Below, one piece after another: positions 50,588 through 61,437 of a DNA stretch of 64,000 nucleotides (positions within the stretch are counted from its first letter, which is position 1; each line of letters begins with the position of its first letter). The notes under the pieces are model-generated. The model searched no databases and had not been told where the DNA came from. It saw nothing but the letters and a program-made list of their open reading frames with translations. The DNA is from Candidatus Latescibacterota bacterium (GTDB lineage Bacteria; Latescibacterota; UBA2968; GCA-2709665). Made by a program: the position numbers and the translations under genes. The stretch is taken from the NCBI GenBank assembly GCA_965222075.1, contig OZ244937.1, positions 3,008,001-3,072,000 of the forward strand. The letters are read 5' to 3'.

Positions 50588-51787
50588 CTACTGAGCCTCC
50601 CCCCGGGCCGATACCCTCCGAAACTGAATCTCCACAGGGAAATCAAACCCCCGCATTCGTCCAAGTATCCTCCAGTTGACCAGGTCTACGGCCGTCAGTC
50701 CCGGCCCCCCCTCCTGCTGAAGCAGCGTTCCCACATAGGCCCGGGAGCCGTCCGGAGAGACCCCCACCGTAGAGGTGGCATCGCCCACCCTCAGGCGCTT
50801 GGAAATCAGGTTGCGCTTCACATCAATGGCCAGCAGCAATCCATCCGAGACAACATAGAGCGTCTTTCCATCCGGAGAAAACGTGAGCCCCTGGGCCCCG
50901 CTACCGTCCAGCTGGATGGCCCCCACCACGCGATCCGAGACCAGATCCAGGACCGAAATGACCCCTCGATCCAGATTGGCCACGTAGGCCCGAAGGCCGT
51001 CCGCCGTGACCCCCACCTCCGCCGGCCTCGCGCCGATGACAATGCGCCCTACCACCTCCCGGCGTTCCAGATCGACCACCGAAACATCGCGGCTGTCAGT
51101 ATTGATCACATAGAGCTTTTTTCCATCCGGAGCAAGGTCCAGGCCCACCGGCCTTTCCCCCACCGCGATGGTATCCACAGTCGCCCGTGCCACCAGGTCC
51201 ACAATCCGCAGGCGGTCGGTTCGCTCCTCCGTCACATAGGCAAGCTTCCCATCCCGGCTCAGTTCTATCCTCCCCTGTGAATTCGTGGGCACGGTAAACA
51301 CGGCCTCATGCTTTGTGTCCAGCGCAAACAGGCCGAATACTTCCGACACATAGATCGATTTCTGGTCCTGTGAAACCCGGATGCTGCCGGGTCCCCGGAA
51401 AGGGAGATAGTCGATAAGCAGGTGGGTGTCAAAATCGAAGACCCCCACCGAATTGTCCGGGAAATCGGCCACGTACACGGCATAGCCCATCTGCTCCGGT
51501 TCATCAGGCTCACGGTTTCCATACGCGGCGCTAAACGAGATAAAATCCTGAAAATCGATCGTCCCATCCCCGTTCAGATCCATCCGGGCGTTGAACCCCG
51601 GTTCTCCGGAACGGGTGTTGAACGTGTGGGAGAACAGCACGAAATCTTTGAACCCCACCTCTCCATCGCCATCGAAATCCGACGCCATTGGCCCTTCGGC
51701 CACCCAGAAAATACGGCTTCCCTGCGCCTGAAGGTCCTGCACGCTCAGCATACACAAAAAAAGAAAAAAGAGAACTGACCGTTTCAT
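50588..51787 (-). CDS. Secreted YVTN beta-propeller with dockerin/EF-hand-like domain
   Basis: Signal peptide; DFDGDGEVGFKDF and DLNGDGTIDFQDF; repeats PDG-(A/L)YV. Confidence 0.85.
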   Translation of the reverse strand: MKRSVLFFLFLCMLSVQDLQAQGSRIFWVAEGPMASDFDGDGEVGFKDFVLFSHTFNTRSGEPGFNARMDLNGDGTIDFQDFISFSAAYGNREPDEPEQMGYAVYVADFPDNSVGVFDFDTHLLIDYLPFRGPGSIRVSQDQKSIYVSEVFGLFALDTKHEAVFTVPTNSQGRIELSRDGKLAYVTEERTDRLRIVDLVARATVDTIAVGERPVGLDLAPDGKKLYVINTDSRDVSVVDLERREVVGRIVIGARPAEVGVTADGLRAYVANLDRGVISVLDLVSDRVVGAIQLDGSGAQGLTFSPDGKTLYVVSDGLLLAIDVKRNLISKRLRVGDATSTVGVSPDGSRAYVGTLLQQEGGPGLTAVDLVNWRILGRMRGFDFPVEIQFRRVSARGEAQ

Positions 51788-51983
51788 AAAAGCGCCTCAT
51801 TAAGGTCTCTTCACCCAGGGTGCGTCTCTCCGGACGCACCCCTTCTACTTCATGCTCCACCACCACGGCGGAATAAAAGCCCTTCCGAAATCCGAAATAG
51901 CAGAGCCACCCCGGCAGTACACCTGAGGTGGCCCTTAAGAGCCTGTTAACCTCTCTCCGATACGGGCATGCGTCACAGCCGCT

Positions 51984-52217
51984 TTAAGTCGGATGTTCTA
52001 CATCCTCTTCTGACGGTGACGGTGCGGCCTCCTGCTCATCCGACGCAGCCCTGCCGTTAAACCGGCTGCGCATCTCCTGTGCGGCCGATTCCAGTTGCTT
52101 ATATGCGCGCCGGCCGAGCTCGGATGACAGCAGAACGCCCAGCGCCCCTCCGACAAAGGCACCGGTAAAAAAACCCGTCCAGAAGAAATCCTTATGGACT
52201 TGAGGGTTCCGGACCAT
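51984..52217 (-). CDS. YtxH-like small membrane protein
   Basis: FWTGFFTGAFVGGALGVLL; GAAGGAGG RBS. Confidence 0.7.
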   Translation of the reverse strand: MVRNPQVHKDFFWTGFFTGAFVGGALGVLLSSELGRRAYKQLESAAQEMRSRFNGRAASDEQEAAPSPSEEDVEHPT

Positions 52218-52325
52218 CTCTCGCCTCCTTCATGCAGATTCAACTCGATGTCTTCCTTCAAGTTTACCATAATAATTTCACCGATCTCAGCACAGAAGTC
52301 AAGTGGAAAGAGGACGATACGAGAA

Positions 52326-52697
52326 TCACGTCTCTGCGAACGCCTCTCGTGCCGTAACCAGCGCATCCCAGGTTGCGGGAAATCCACCAAAGGCGCACAT
52401 CTGCAGAATCACCTCCTCCACCTCCTGCCGCGTAGCCCCCGCTCCCAGCGCCCGGTCGATGTGCGTCCGAAGCTGCTCCTGGCGTCCCAGAACGGTCAGC
52501 GCCGACACCGTACAGAGCAACCGGGTCCTCAAATCCAGCCCCTCCCGGGCATAGAGATCGCCCATCACGAACTCCATCACAAACCGCTCGAACTCGGGGT
52601 GCAACTCCCGAAACCGATGGACCACCTCATTCGCAGCCTGTTCTCCAACCATCTGATGCATCAGCGCCAGGCCCTTTTCATACCGTTCGGAAGCCAT
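52326..52697 (-). CDS. Carboxymuconolactone decarboxylase family protein
   Basis: GDLYAREGLDLRTR, H...ALGAGAT-QEVEEVILQ...GFP. Confidence 0.9.
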   Translation of the reverse strand: MASERYEKGLALMHQMVGEQAANEVVHRFRELHPEFERFVMEFVMGDLYAREGLDLRTRLLCTVSALTVLGRQEQLRTHIDRALGAGATRQEVEEVILQMCAFGGFPATWDALVTAREAFAET

Positions 52698-52713
52698 CCG
52701 ATGCCCTCCTGGT

Positions 52714-55452
52714 TCAGGGGCCCGAAAATCGGGCCTCTCCCACAGACGCCACCACCCCTTCACCTACCTTCACAAAAGCCGAGGTCCGGATCCGACACGT
52801 CACCCGCCCCGGAATCTCCCGGAGTGGAAAAAAGAGGTGCCGTGCCCCCCCGCCTTCCACCGAGAACCCCGGATCGTCCTCCAGCACCAGGCGCGACTGT
52901 TCGCCTGCCCGGTCCACCCCCTGCACGCGACACCCCCGCGTTGTCCCATCGCCGAACGTTACGATCCCCACGGCCCCCTTCAGCGCATCCCCTTCCGGCA
53001 GATCCCCCTCCACGATCAGAGCATCGCATTCTGCGCCATCTTCCAATCTTAAGACAGCCACAACCTCCCCCTCATAAGCGCCGCTTCCCGTCAGAGTATA
53101 ATCCCCCCACCCCAGCTGCGTACCGCCCCACAGCCCCATCATCTCCGGCGTCCCGTCCCGCTCCCGCACAAACCCCATCTCCCCCTGAAGGTGGAGATCC
53201 CCCACAACTGCCGGCCCATCGCCCGACCCGATCCGATGGACAATATGATCCGTAACACCGTGGTGTCGCACAGACAGCGCCATCACATCCCCCTCCCCCG
53301 TCTCCACAGTGACCTCCTCTAAGAACACCTCCCCCTGAAAAGGCTCATGCACCGCCGCGAACCGGCTTGACAGGGGGGCCGCGCCTCTCCTCCGCAGCAG
53401 AAAAATGGGCATCCGGTAGCGGTCCACCAGCGCGTCATTCTCCTCGGCGCGCCGGAAAGACATCGCATCCCCCAGGAAAACCTCGGACCCCGACAGCCCC
53501 GGCAGGTGTGTGCGCACACCCACCGGCGACGCTGACACCGCAAAAGTAACCGTCAGCCCGTTCCCCGCTTCTCCCCGGGACACATGCTGGAAATAGGCGT
53601 AGCTGGGATTCCGTCCCTCCGCCTCTCCCCGGTCCGCCTCTCCCGTCGGATACCGGACCTGAACCCCGGGCAGCAGGTTCTCGCCGTAGGGCGCAAGCGG
53701 AACGCTCACCGCCCCCGACCCATCGTGGTCCGCGCTTCCGTGCAGCGCCCAGTCGTGCTGTGCGCCTCCCGCCACGCGGAACAGGTCCACAACATACACA
53801 TCTCCGCCGTTCGTGGGAATAAGCATAATCACCCGCCTGTACGTTTCTGCGAGTCCGGGATATGCGCCTTCCCCGTTCGCCTCCATCCACTGCACCTGTT
53901 CATAGGCAGCCTCAAAGGCAAACAGCCGACCGTCCGACGGGCCCTGGTCGCCCTGTGTATACTGCCGCTGTTCGTCGATCACCACCGTATTGTGACACAG
54001 CGTGCTCGTACTCCAGGACCGGAAACGCGTGTGCGTATAGCCCACGTCGGACAGCAGCTCATGTCCCCTGGCGAACAGGGCCAGGTTCAGGTTGTCCGCG
54101 TGTTCGTGGCCATAGCCTCCGGAGAAATGCAGGTGGACCTGCACCTGGTCCTCCCCGTCGCCCCGCCCCAGCCAGGCGTGTCCCACGCCCGCAAACAGCG
54201 TCGAGACCGAGCGCTCCACCACCCTGGAATTACTGAAGTGGGCCCAGTTATCGTGCACCGGCAGCCCCCGTCCGTCGGGGTAGCGGAAGAGGTCGGGAAT
54301 GCGCTTTGCCCTGGCGATAATCGGAATCTCCTGCTCCAGATCGATATTGTCGAACCGCGTACCGTCTTCCGGGTGCACATACCCCGGAGGGTCCGAATAC
54401 CCGCGCAGCGCCCTGAACACCCGCGCCATCCCCCCCATCGTCATCCGGTGGTACCCCACGCTCCCCTCCAGCCAGAACCCGTCCACGTAGAACTTCCGTT
54501 CAAACAGCCCCCGGCTCTGGCGCACCCCCTCGTGGACCAGCCCGGGGTCTCCCAGCACCCGCCCGATAGCGATGTAGCCCTCGTAAATACGGGGCGCCGC
54601 ATTGCCGTAGTCGGTCTCGTGCAACCTGTCCTGCCGGATCGCCCCCCGGAAAAAATCCTCCTCAATCCGCGCCTTCACATCCACTCCCGCCTCTTTCAAC
54701 AGCTGCTCCAGTTCCCCGCTGGCGTAGATCCAATCGTACGCATACACCAGATCCAGGGGCATCTCGTCGTGCCGCCAGCGTCCCCACTTGCCGCCCCCAT
54801 TGGGATAGGGCGGTTGCAGCGCAAACCCCTTGGGCCGGTGCGGCCAGTCCCGGCTCACCAGGAATCCCGGATAGTACCGGGCAAACGCGTCCAGGATCAG
54901 CGCCGCGCGCCGGGCATACACCCGGTCCCCTGTCATCTGGTAAAGCTCCCCCAACGCCTTTGCTTTATTAGAAAAGTAGGACCGGGCCTCCCGCCAGCCC
55001 CTTGCAGTGAACAGATATTTGTATCCCGTCTCGTCCTCCCAGTAAGGATACGCCACCTCTTCCCCCACCGGATTCACCACCCGCATCACCTTATCTTCGG
55101 GGTACGTTTCATTCGGAAAAACCATCCCGCAGTACTTGCACTTCACATGGTGCGGATCGTCGATTGACCACCCAAGCTGCCCCTCCTGTGTCCCCTCCTC
55201 GCAGTTGGGGCACCCCATAAACCGGAACCCCGTCCGGTCCGGCACCAGTGCGACCATCTCCTCCTCGGACATCTCCACGATCCTGGCAACAGACCGCACC
55301 AACCGCTTGATTCGCTCCGCAGACGCCTCAACAGGATAAACCGGATGGGCAACTTCCGCCGCCAGACCGGACCTCACAGTACCGAAAAGCAGAATCGCCA
55401 TACAGCCTGAAACCACAGCGCAAAAACCGGCCAGAACGCTCATCTCTTCCAT
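52714..55452 (-). CDS. Heparinase II/III-like lyase, paralogue 1
   Basis: DGFWLEGSVGYH, GHEHADNL, DVGY, HNTVVID; N-terminal CxxC...CxxC; start MEEMSV with GGAGG RBS and hydrophobic leader. Confidence 0.85.
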   Translation of the reverse strand: MEEMSVLAGFCAVVSGCMAILLFGTVRSGLAAEVAHPVYPVEASAERIKRLVRSVARIVEMSEEEMVALVPDRTGFRFMGCPNCEEGTQEGQLGWSIDDPHHVKCKYCGMVFPNETYPEDKVMRVVNPVGEEVAYPYWEDETGYKYLFTARGWREARSYFSNKAKALGELYQMTGDRVYARRAALILDAFARYYPGFLVSRDWPHRPKGFALQPPYPNGGGKWGRWRHDEMPLDLVYAYDWIYASGELEQLLKEAGVDVKARIEEDFFRGAIRQDRLHETDYGNAAPRIYEGYIAIGRVLGDPGLVHEGVRQSRGLFERKFYVDGFWLEGSVGYHRMTMGGMARVFRALRGYSDPPGYVHPEDGTRFDNIDLEQEIPIIARAKRIPDLFRYPDGRGLPVHDNWAHFSNSRVVERSVSTLFAGVGHAWLGRGDGEDQVQVHLHFSGGYGHEHADNLNLALFARGHELLSDVGYTHTRFRSWSTSTLCHNTVVIDEQRQYTQGDQGPSDGRLFAFEAAYEQVQWMEANGEGAYPGLAETYRRVIMLIPTNGGDVYVVDLFRVAGGAQHDWALHGSADHDGSGAVSVPLAPYGENLLPGVQVRYPTGEADRGEAEGRNPSYAYFQHVSRGEAGNGLTVTFAVSASPVGVRTHLPGLSGSEVFLGDAMSFRRAEENDALVDRYRMPIFLLRRRGAAPLSSRFAAVHEPFQGEVFLEEVTVETGEGDVMALSVRHHGVTDHIVHRIGSGDGPAVVGDLHLQGEMGFVRERDGTPEMMGLWGGTQLGWGDYTLTGSGAYEGEVVAVLRLEDGAECDALIVEGDLPEGDALKGAVGIVTFGDGTTRGCRVQGVDRAGEQSRLVLEDDPGFSVEGGGARHLFFPLREIPGRVTCRIRTSAFVKVGEGVVASVGEARFSGP

Positions 55453-55487
55453 CGGAAACCTCCAGGGTGTAATCAGGGCTGAATTCT

Positions 55488-56714
55488 CTAAGCCGCTTCG
55501 TGCGCCCCCAGCACGGCCCGGGCCACGCGCAGCATATTCCCCCCCAGAATCTTCTGAATATCCTCGTCCGAATACCCGCGCTGGACCAGCCCCACGGTAA
55601 AAATCGGCCAGTTGGTCCACGCCAGGCTCTTCACCATATGGTCCTGCCGCCACTGCTCCCCAAACGCATCCGGCGGCCAGAAATACGCCCAGCGGGGCCT
55701 CGTCGACCGCCGCTTCGGAATCTTCTTCCGTTCCGCTTCCCCCGCCCGGGACGCATAGGCGGTATCCGTCCCGATTGTCACGTGATCCGCGCCAAACGTC
55801 CTGGCCGCATAATCGACATGGTCCAGCAGGGCGTTAATATCCCCACTCCTCCCCAAAAACGAAGGAATGCAGCAAATCCCGAGATATCCCCCGGTATCCA
55901 CAATCGCACGGATCACCTCGTCCGGCTTGCCCCGAATATGTTCGTTCACCGCGCAGCAGCCCGAATGGCTCGCCACCATCGGGCGCTCAGACGCCCGGGC
56001 CGCCTCCAGGCTGGTCTGCCACCCCGCGTGCGCCACATCCACGATCACCCCTACCCGGTTCATCTCCGCCACCACCGCCCGCCCAAAATCGCTCAGCCCT
56101 CCGTTGGCCGGCTCTGCGCACCCGTCCCCGATCATATTCCGCCGGTTGTAGGTCAGGTGCATCATCCGGATGCCCAGTTGGTAAAAAATCCGGATATACC
56201 ACAGCTCCTCCTCCACCGAAACCCACTCCTGGGTAAGCGGCACCCCGTTGCCGCTCATGTAAAAACAGTGCTTGTTCTGCGCTTTGGCCGCAACAATATC
56301 GTCGGGCCTCACCGCCCTCAGCAGATAATCCCGCATCATATCCGTCACGTACGTAAACCGCGCCAGCCGTTTCATCAGCCGCATCGGCGACTGCCCTTCC
56401 TCCCCCGCATTCTGAAAAATACACGTCACTCCGGCCGCATCCCAGGCCTCCCTGAACTCCGCCCGCTCCCCGGCATCGGTCGCGCACCGGGTCATCGACA
56501 TATCCTCGTGCATATCCTTCAACTCCGCCTCCGAAGCCCCCGCTTCAACCGCGGCACCCATCGCATCGCCATCCAAAGCCGACCGGGGCGCAAAACCGTA
56601 TGTATCGCACACAATTGCGTTTTGATGCAGCTCCAGCCCGTGCTCCAGGTCTTTCGCGCTCGGCTTCAGAATCCCCAGCGCCACATCCCGTGCATTTTGA
56701 ATCTTCTCGTTCAT
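55488..56714 (-). CDS. Membrane dipeptidase (M19)-like amidohydrolase
   Basis: GIRMMHLTYN, GLSDFG, DVAH, ASHS, IGTD, KILGGN. Confidence 0.88.
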   Translation of the reverse strand: MNEKIQNARDVALGILKPSAKDLEHGLELHQNAIVCDTYGFAPRSALDGDAMGAAVEAGASEAELKDMHEDMSMTRCATDAGERAEFREAWDAAGVTCIFQNAGEEGQSPMRLMKRLARFTYVTDMMRDYLLRAVRPDDIVAAKAQNKHCFYMSGNGVPLTQEWVSVEEELWYIRIFYQLGIRMMHLTYNRRNMIGDGCAEPANGGLSDFGRAVVAEMNRVGVIVDVAHAGWQTSLEAARASERPMVASHSGCCAVNEHIRGKPDEVIRAIVDTGGYLGICCIPSFLGRSGDINALLDHVDYAARTFGADHVTIGTDTAYASRAGEAERKKIPKRRSTRPRWAYFWPPDAFGEQWRQDHMVKSLAWTNWPIFTVGLVQRGYSDEDIQKILGGNMLRVARAVLGAHEAA

Positions 56715-56730
56715 CTCAAACTCCTTGTAA

Positions 56731-57585
56731 TCACCCTTCTCCCAGCAGCTTCCGGGCATTTTTGTACTTCACCTCCTCGAACGCCTCTTCCGGCAGATCC
56801 AGGCGCAGCAGAAGATCCATCAACCGCGTGTGGAAATGGTCGCGGGCGAACAGCAGCTTGTCCTGAAATTCGATCAGAAAATCCCGGCTGAACGCCTCGT
56901 CCCGTTCCAGCGCCGGCACCCCGTTGCCGGAGAGATCCGCATACAAATTGTCGTACTTCCGCAGCATCTCCGGCACCCTGCCTCCCGGCAGCACCGGTCC
57001 TCCGGGAGCGGGGATCTTGTCGAACAGGTCGTCCCCGGAGATATGCGCCCAGAACCCCTTTGCGTGCCCGATGAAAACCGTCTCCGGGCAGGCCACAATC
57101 GCCCGCTCCAATGCGTCCATCGTCCCGCCGTACCAGGTGTTCGGACGGGGATAGGCAGGTCCGCGGTCGATCGCGTACTCAAGGTGAATCGTAATCGGCA
57201 GCTTCGCCTCTCCGCAAAAGTGATACATCCGGATCAGGTCCGGATCGTCAAACGGCACGCGCACCTTCAGCTCGCCCGCCAGCCGGACCCCGTGGATCTC
57301 CACCGCCGCCTTCAGCCGGTCGATCGCATCCGGACGCTTCGGGTCCGGCATATACCCCAGCACGAATCGCTCCGGAGCCTCCCGGCCCACCTGCAGCACG
57401 TCCCGAAACGGGATCACCCCTCCCCCCGGCGGCAGATGGGCGTTGAGGTTCGGACTGTAATCCGTCTCCGGACACTCCCACGTCAGCAGCCACATCTCAT
57501 CGATGCCCTGTTCGTCCATATTCTTCAGAATCTTCGGCCCATCGTGCCCGTGCCAGTTCGGATGGTTGTGCGCATCGATCAGCAT
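56731..57585 (-). CDS. Amidohydrolase_2 family protein
   Basis: IDAHNH, GELK, IHL, FIGH, LYADLS, LLFARD. Confidence 0.88.
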   Translation of the reverse strand: MLIDAHNHPNWHGHDGPKILKNMDEQGIDEMWLLTWECPETDYSPNLNAHLPPGGGVIPFRDVLQVGREAPERFVLGYMPDPKRPDAIDRLKAAVEIHGVRLAGELKVRVPFDDPDLIRMYHFCGEAKLPITIHLEYAIDRGPAYPRPNTWYGGTMDALERAIVACPETVFIGHAKGFWAHISGDDLFDKIPAPGGPVLPGGRVPEMLRKYDNLYADLSGNGVPALERDEAFSRDFLIEFQDKLLFARDHFHTRLMDLLLRLDLPEEAFEEVKYKNARKLLGEG

Positions 57586-57608
57586 CGTTCACCCCTTTAA
57601 CGGTTGCG

Positions 57609-58637
57609 TCAGATTCCCCCTAAATCCACATCGTGGGCGTTCTCATCGGCTGCCTTCTGAATCGTAATCGCAATCCGCGACGCCCGGATCACCGACCCGG
57701 TGCACAGCTCATCCGCCTCCGTCTCATCCCGGACATCCCGCACAAAAGACTTCAGGTGTCCTCCCGGATTGCCCGTCGGTATCGCCCGTCCACCCACCGC
57801 TTTACCGGTACCTGACGCGAGCACGATCTTGTCCGCATTCTGGGCAATCTCTAAAACGCCCTTGCGACCCCAGAACGTCGTCCGCCAGTACCACGGCAGC
57901 TTATACCCCGCGCCGTCGGGCATAAAGTACGACACATCGCCCAGCACCCCGCACCCGTTGTCCATCGTCAGCATCATCTGCGCCCCGTCTTCAAAATGCG
58001 GGGACTCCGGCGCAAACGCGTTCCAGCACCGGGCCGCGTTTACCGTCGCAAATTTCAGGCCGGTCATCCACGGAATACTGTCCACTGCGTGGATCGCAAT
58101 ATCGGTAATCGTCCCCCCGTGCTTCCCCGGCTCAAAATACCACCCCGGCCGGGAACCTGAAAGCAGCGGGTGCTGCCCATCGAACCCAATTGCGTGCACC
58201 TCTCCGATCGTCCCGTCCAGGATCAGCCTTCGCGCGCCGATGGCGCTGCCTAAGTCCCGCCGCGTCAGCATACAGCCCACCTTCAGCCCCATCTCCTGAG
58301 AGAGCCGTTCGATCTCGTCCAACTCGCCCAGGTCCGTGCACAGCGGCTTGTCCGCAATCACGTGCTTTCCCTCACGCAGCGCCTGTACCGCTATGCTCCC
58401 CCGCCGGGCGAAATAGTCTCCGATCGCCACCACGTCGCACGGCGCCTCCAAGAGCATATCCTCGAACCTGGAATGGGTCATCTCAACCCCCTTCCGGACG
58501 GCCTCCTCCCGCGCCGCCGCATCCTCCTCGCACGCGGCCACCAGCTCGACCCCTTCCACCTCTTTCTCTCTCACCCGCTTGTAAAGCGTCTGAATGTGAT
58601 CGTGCCGAAAACCCATAAAGGCGAACCTGAGAGACAT
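57609..58637 (-). CDS. Gfo/Idh/MocA oxidoreductase
   Basis: GKHVIADKP, GTIGEV, GGTITDIAIH. Confidence 0.9.
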   Translation of the reverse strand: MSLRFAFMGFRHDHIQTLYKRVREKEVEGVELVAACEEDAAAREEAVRKGVEMTHSRFEDMLLEAPCDVVAIGDYFARRGSIAVQALREGKHVIADKPLCTDLGELDEIERLSQEMGLKVGCMLTRRDLGSAIGARRLILDGTIGEVHAIGFDGQHPLLSGSRPGWYFEPGKHGGTITDIAIHAVDSIPWMTGLKFATVNAARCWNAFAPESPHFEDGAQMMLTMDNGCGVLGDVSYFMPDGAGYKLPWYWRTTFWGRKGVLEIAQNADKIVLASGTGKAVGGRAIPTGNPGGHLKSFVRDVRDETEADELCTGSVIRASRIAITIQKAADENAHDVDLGGI

Positions 58638-58675
58638 CTAAAACGCCTCCTTTCGCGCTAAAAACGGTGAAACCC

Positions 58676-61399
58676 CTATCCAGAACCTGAGAACTGAGCC
58701 TCCCCCACAGACGCGACCTCCGGCTCTCCGTCACCCAGCCTCACAAACGCCGAGGTTCGTACTCGGAAACTCACCTGCCCCGGCATCTTCCGCTGTGGAA
58801 AGCTGAGGCGCCGCGCTCCGTCGCCCTCTACTGAAATCCCCGGATCTTCCTCCAGGACCAAATGCCGTTCTTCGCCAACCCGCTTCACCTCCGCGACCCG
58901 GCACCCAAATGTAGAGCCGTCTCCGAAAGTCGCGATAGCGGTCGCACCTTTCATCCCCTCTCCTTCCGGAAGATACGCCTGGACAACCAGTGCGTTGTAC
59001 GGTGCGCCTTCCGCCTCTCGCAGTACAGCCATGACCTTTCCTTCGTAGACCCCACTTCCCGACAGAACATAAGCTCCCCACCGGATTTCAACGCCGCCCC
59101 ACACCCCCATCATCTCCGGAATCCCTTCCCGTTCTCGCACAAACCCCACCTCTCCCTCTATGCGGAGATTGCCCACCCGGAGCGGCCCCCTGCCCGGTTC
59201 GGCCCGGTGCACGATGTGGTCCGTCACTCCGTGATGCCGCACCCTCAAAGCGATCGCATCCCCCTCCGGCGTCTCCAGCGTCACGGAATCCACAAACGGC
59301 TCACCCTCATAAGGCTCGTGCACCGCTGCGAAACAGCTCGACAGCGGCGGCGGCCCTTCTCGCCGGGCCAGAAAGATCGGCATCCGGTACCGGTTCAGCA
59401 GCGCATCGTTCTCCTCTGCCCGCCGCAGCGAAGGCGCATCGCCCAGAAACACCTCCGCCCCCGACAGTCCGGGCAGGTGCGACCGCACGCCCACCGGCGA
59501 CTCGGACACCGTAAACGTCACCGTCGCCCCGTCGGTCACCTCTCCGCGGGACACGTTCTGAAAGAAGGCATAGCTTGGATTCCTCCCCTCCGCTTCGCCC
59601 TGGTCTCTCTCATACGCCGGAAACCGGACCTTCACACCGGGCAGCAGGTTCTCTGCATAGGGCTGGAGGGGAACGCTGATCGTTGCGTCTCCGTCCCAAT
59701 CCGCGTTACCGTGCAGCGCCCAGTCGTGCTGCGATCCCCCGACCACGCGGAAAAGGTCCACCGCATAGGTATCCGTTCCCCCTGCATCCACAAACATCAC
59801 AGTCCGCCGGTAGACCTTCGCCAGTCCCGGATAGGCCTGCTCTGCGCTCGCCTCCATCCACTGCACCGGTTCAAACGCCGTCTCGAAGCCCAGCAGCCGT
59901 CCGTCCGAAGGTCCCCCATCCCCCTGGGTATACTGCCGGTGCTCGTCGATAAGCACTGTATTGTGACCCAACGTACTCTTGCTCCACGCCCGGTAGCGCG
60001 TGTGCGTATAACCCAGGTCCGGCAGCAACTCCTGCCCCCTGGCGAACAGCGCTATGCTCAGATTGTCCGCGTGTTCGTGCCCGTACCCCCCGGAGAAGTG
60101 CAGGTGAACCTGCGCCTGCGCCTCGCCTCCCCCTCGTCCAAGCCATGCGTGTCCCATCCCCGAAAGCAGTGTTGAAACCGACCGTTCGGGCACCTTGAGA
60201 TTCCGACGCACCCTGGGCTCCTGAAGATAGGCCCAGTTGTCGTGAAACGGAACCGGCCGCCCATCCGGATAGTGGCAGATTTCCAGAATGCGGTTCGCCC
60301 GCCCGATGATTGGAGTGTCCCGCTCCAGGTCCAGATCCTCAAACCGCGTACCGTCCTCCGGATCGGTGTACCCCGGCGGATCGGAGTAGCCCCGAAGCGC
60401 ATCCAGAACCTCCGTCATCCCCCGCATCGTCATCCGGTGGTATCCCACGCTCCCCTCGCACCAGAACCCGTCGGCGAAAAACCGCCGCTCAAACAGCCCC
60501 ACGCTCCGGCGCACCGCCTCGTGAACCAGGCCCGGATCGCCCAGCACACGTCCAATGACGGCATACCCCTCGTAGATGCGGGGGCTTGCATTGCCGTACT
60601 GAGGCCCGTGGTACTCGTCCTGGCGAACCGCCCCCCGGAAAAAATTGTTCTCAATCCGGGCCTTTACATCCACTCCAACCTCTCCCGACAGTCGCTTTAA
60701 CTCCCCGCTATTATAAATCGAATCGTACGCGTACACCAGATCCGTGGGCATCTCATCCGCCCGCCATCGCCCCCACTTGCCGCCCGTATTCGGATAGGGC
60801 GGCTCTAAAACGAACCCCTTTTGCTGATTTGCGCGGTCGCTGCTCACCAGAAACCCCGGATAATATCGGGCAAAGGCGTCCAGGATCAACGCCGCACGCC
60901 GCGCATACGCCCGGTCTCCCGTCGCCTGATAAAGCGCTCCCAGATCCTCACCTCGGGCCGCAAAATACACCCGCGCCTCCCGCCAGGCCTTCGCGCTGAA
61001 CAGATACCGGTACCCCATCTCGTCTTCCCAGTAGGGATATTCCACTTCCTCGCCCACCGGATTCGTCATCCGCATCACCCGGTCTTCCCGATACTGCTCG
61101 TTCGGAAAAACCATTCCGCAGTACGTACACCGCACCCGGTGCGGATCGTCAATCGACCAGGTAAGTTGCCCCTCCTGCGTGCCTTCGTCACAGTTGGCGC
61201 ACCCCACAAACCGGAACCCCGTCTTATCCGGCGCCAGCCCCACCATCTCCGCTTCGCTCATCCCCGTCAACGGCGCCACCGCCTCCTTCAGCGCCTCAAC
61301 CCGCTCCCGTGAGGCCGTCACCGGATAGACCGGATGCCCAACCTCCACCGCCTCGAGGTTGGCCGATCCCCTTTGCATTTTGCACTTTTCATTTTTCAT
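58676..61399 (-). CDS. Heparinase II/III-like lyase, paralogue 2
   Basis: Same motifs as paralogue 1; start uncertain (61399 or 61378) because a heptamer repeat overlaps it. Confidence 0.85.
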   Translation of the reverse strand: MKNEKCKMQRGSANLEAVEVGHPVYPVTASRERVEALKEAVAPLTGMSEAEMVGLAPDKTGFRFVGCANCDEGTQEGQLTWSIDDPHRVRCTYCGMVFPNEQYREDRVMRMTNPVGEEVEYPYWEDEMGYRYLFSAKAWREARVYFAARGEDLGALYQATGDRAYARRAALILDAFARYYPGFLVSSDRANQQKGFVLEPPYPNTGGKWGRWRADEMPTDLVYAYDSIYNSGELKRLSGEVGVDVKARIENNFFRGAVRQDEYHGPQYGNASPRIYEGYAVIGRVLGDPGLVHEAVRRSVGLFERRFFADGFWCEGSVGYHRMTMRGMTEVLDALRGYSDPPGYTDPEDGTRFEDLDLERDTPIIGRANRILEICHYPDGRPVPFHDNWAYLQEPRVRRNLKVPERSVSTLLSGMGHAWLGRGGGEAQAQVHLHFSGGYGHEHADNLSIALFARGQELLPDLGYTHTRYRAWSKSTLGHNTVLIDEHRQYTQGDGGPSDGRLLGFETAFEPVQWMEASAEQAYPGLAKVYRRTVMFVDAGGTDTYAVDLFRVVGGSQHDWALHGNADWDGDATISVPLQPYAENLLPGVKVRFPAYERDQGEAEGRNPSYAFFQNVSRGEVTDGATVTFTVSESPVGVRSHLPGLSGAEVFLGDAPSLRRAEENDALLNRYRMPIFLARREGPPPLSSCFAAVHEPYEGEPFVDSVTLETPEGDAIALRVRHHGVTDHIVHRAEPGRGPLRVGNLRIEGEVGFVREREGIPEMMGVWGGVEIRWGAYVLSGSGVYEGKVMAVLREAEGAPYNALVVQAYLPEGEGMKGATAIATFGDGSTFGCRVAEVKRVGEERHLVLEEDPGISVEGDGARRLSFPQRKMPGQVSFRVRTSAFVRLGDGEPEVASVGEAQFSGSG

Positions 61400-61406
61400 T
61401 TTTCAT
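61372..61406. repeat. Heptamer tandem repeat TTT(G/T)CA(T/C) x5
   Basis: tttgcat tttgcac ttttcat ttttcat ttttcat. Confidence 0.8.
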
Positions 61407-61437
61407 TTCCCACCCTGCCAGAAGGCCTCTCGTCTCC